In this document: in pieces, positions 32,368 through 32,989 of the stretch | How the letters are laid out: every line of letters starts with the position of its first letter | Position numbering within the stretch: position 1 is the first letter of the stretch | Origin: a virus | Reading direction: 5' to 3' (one strand) | Virus record (IMG/VR): IMGVR_UViG_3300025677_000016 | Length of the DNA: 32,989 nucleotides | Position numbers and translations under genes: made by a program | The notes under the pieces: generated by a model | Databases searched by the model: none | The model's input: the letters and a program-made list of their open reading frames with translations, nothing else | Told to the model about the DNA's origin: nothing

Positions 32368-32549
32368 GTGACCATCAACCCATCCCCGGTACTCCAAGCG
32401 AGCAACACGCGATCCGCATCAAGGAGATCGAGTTGATGCGCGAAGAACAGTTGGAGCGGGTCTATGACCCGAAACAGTTGGACGAGCTTGCGGAAGCTTA
32501 CTGGATTTCAGTTCTCGCGCTCAATAGCAAGCGCAGAAACATGCGATAA
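32364..32549 (+). CDS. Hypothetical protein, 61 aa
   Basis: Track ORF with an ATGA overlap to the upstream gene. Confidence 0.5.
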   Translation: MSDHQPIPGTPSEQHAIRIKEIELMREEQLERVYDPKQLDELAEAYWISVLALNSKRRNMR

Positions 32550-32590
32550 TTTCCGGTAGCACGACGCTGCCGGGCAACAAAAGGAACAAA

Positions 32591-32848
32591 GTGAAAGCGC
32601 ACAACGTAACAGGTAAGTGCATTGTAGCCGCTGATCGCGGCTTCGTGTGGGTTGGAGACATTGAGAGGAGCGGGGACTGCTTGCTGATCCACAATTCCAA
32701 AAACATCCGGAGGTGGGGAACAACTCGCGGCATTGGTGAGCTAGCGAATGGGCCAACACCATCTACCGTGGTCGACGATCAGGGTGAGGTAGTAGTTCCC
32801 TGGCACGCCGTAATCCATATCACCTTATGCAAAGCGAACTCATGGTGA
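32591..32848 (+). CDS. Conserved-looking small phage protein, 85 aa (..DRGFVWVGD...IRRWGTTRGIGELANGP..)
   Basis: GTG start directly after aacaaaaggaacaaa. Confidence 0.6.
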   Translation: MKAHNVTGKCIVAADRGFVWVGDIERSGDCLLIHNSKNIRRWGTTRGIGELANGPTPSTVVDDQGEVVVPWHAVIHITLCKANSW

Positions 32849-32989
32849 CTATTGATGGGTCCGGGTCCGGGTACGGGTACGGGGACGGGGACGGGTCCGG
32901 GTACGGGTACGGGTACGGGTACGGGGACGGGGACGGGTCCGGGTACGGGTACGGGGACGGGTCCGGGGACGGGTACGGGTCCGGGTCCG
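32842..32989 (+). CDS. 5' part of a wrapped Gly-rich dipeptide-repeat ORF (frame A: MVTIDGSGSGYGYGDGDGSGYGY...). An alternative frame B starts at ATG 32855 and reads (G-T/P)n.
   Basis: ATG 32842 overlaps the TGA of the upstream gene and follows an A-rich aaagcgaac motif. The 6-nt repeat keeps the frame open. The coding status itself is uncertain. Confidence 0.35.
   Translation, partial: MVTIDGSGSGYGYGDGDGSGYGYGYGYGDGDGSGYGYGDGSGDGYGSGS
32857..32989 (+). repeat. Hexanucleotide G3N3 tandem array, right part. The last 50 nt (32940-32989) are identical to nt 1-50.
   Basis: Character-by-character comparison of the two window ends. This is a direct terminal overlap of the kind seen for circular or terminally redundant assemblies. 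Confidence 0.95.

Noticed and set aside
1-32989. A search by eye for tRNA/tmRNA genes, integrase or transposase, reverse transcriptase (DGR), toxin-antitoxin pairs and methyltransferases
   Set aside because: I recognised no T-loop (GGTTCGAAT-like) motifs and no catalytic motifs of these families in any listed ORF. Absence judged by eye is weak evidence and should be confirmed with tRNAscan-SE and HMM searches.

Overview
The window appears to be one complete, circularly closed tailed-phage genome (siphovirus-like, with a lambda/HK97-style head module). nt 1-50 are identical to nt 32940-32989, so the unique length is about 32,939 bp. The closure point lies inside a ~260-nt G3N3 hexanucleotide tract. 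Nearly all genes are on the + strand. In order they are: (1) small early genes; (2) a recombination module with a RecT-family annealase, a coiled-coil protein, an Hjc/PD-(D/E)xK-like nuclease and a decayed SNF2-type helicase remnant; (3) an early lipoprotein; (4) a replication module with a winged-helix initiator carrying internal GTAAAC iterons and a DnaC/IstB-like loader; (5) an HNH endonuclease, Nu1-like TerS, GpA-type TerL, a gpW-like protein and a lambda-type portal; (6) a ClpP-type protease fused to scaffold and major capsid; (7) a decoration protein and a head-tail adaptor; (8) a ~4.6 kb island of Sec-signal, lipobox and TM proteins that includes a 1044-aa beta-helix/LamG protein; (9) tail-completion genes, two tandem paralogous tail-tube genes, a chaperone, a short tape measure and five distal-tail genes. 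A three-gene leftward module (30803-31564) faces the rightward operon across a switch-like region whose two candidate promoters share TTGACG plus a TGCGCGCAA motif. I recognised no integrase, tRNA, rRNA, CRISPR array or IS element. The most unusual features are three: the telomere-like (GGGNNN)n tract at the junction; a bipartite GGCNN pentanucleotide array (19+13 units) in an intergenic gap; and a ~160-230 bp inverted duplication that links the helicase remnant to the leftward module. Other points of interest are exported proteins inside the virion operon and an acidic-protein/HTH insertion between TerL and the portal. All functional calls come from motif recognition by eye; no database search was run.
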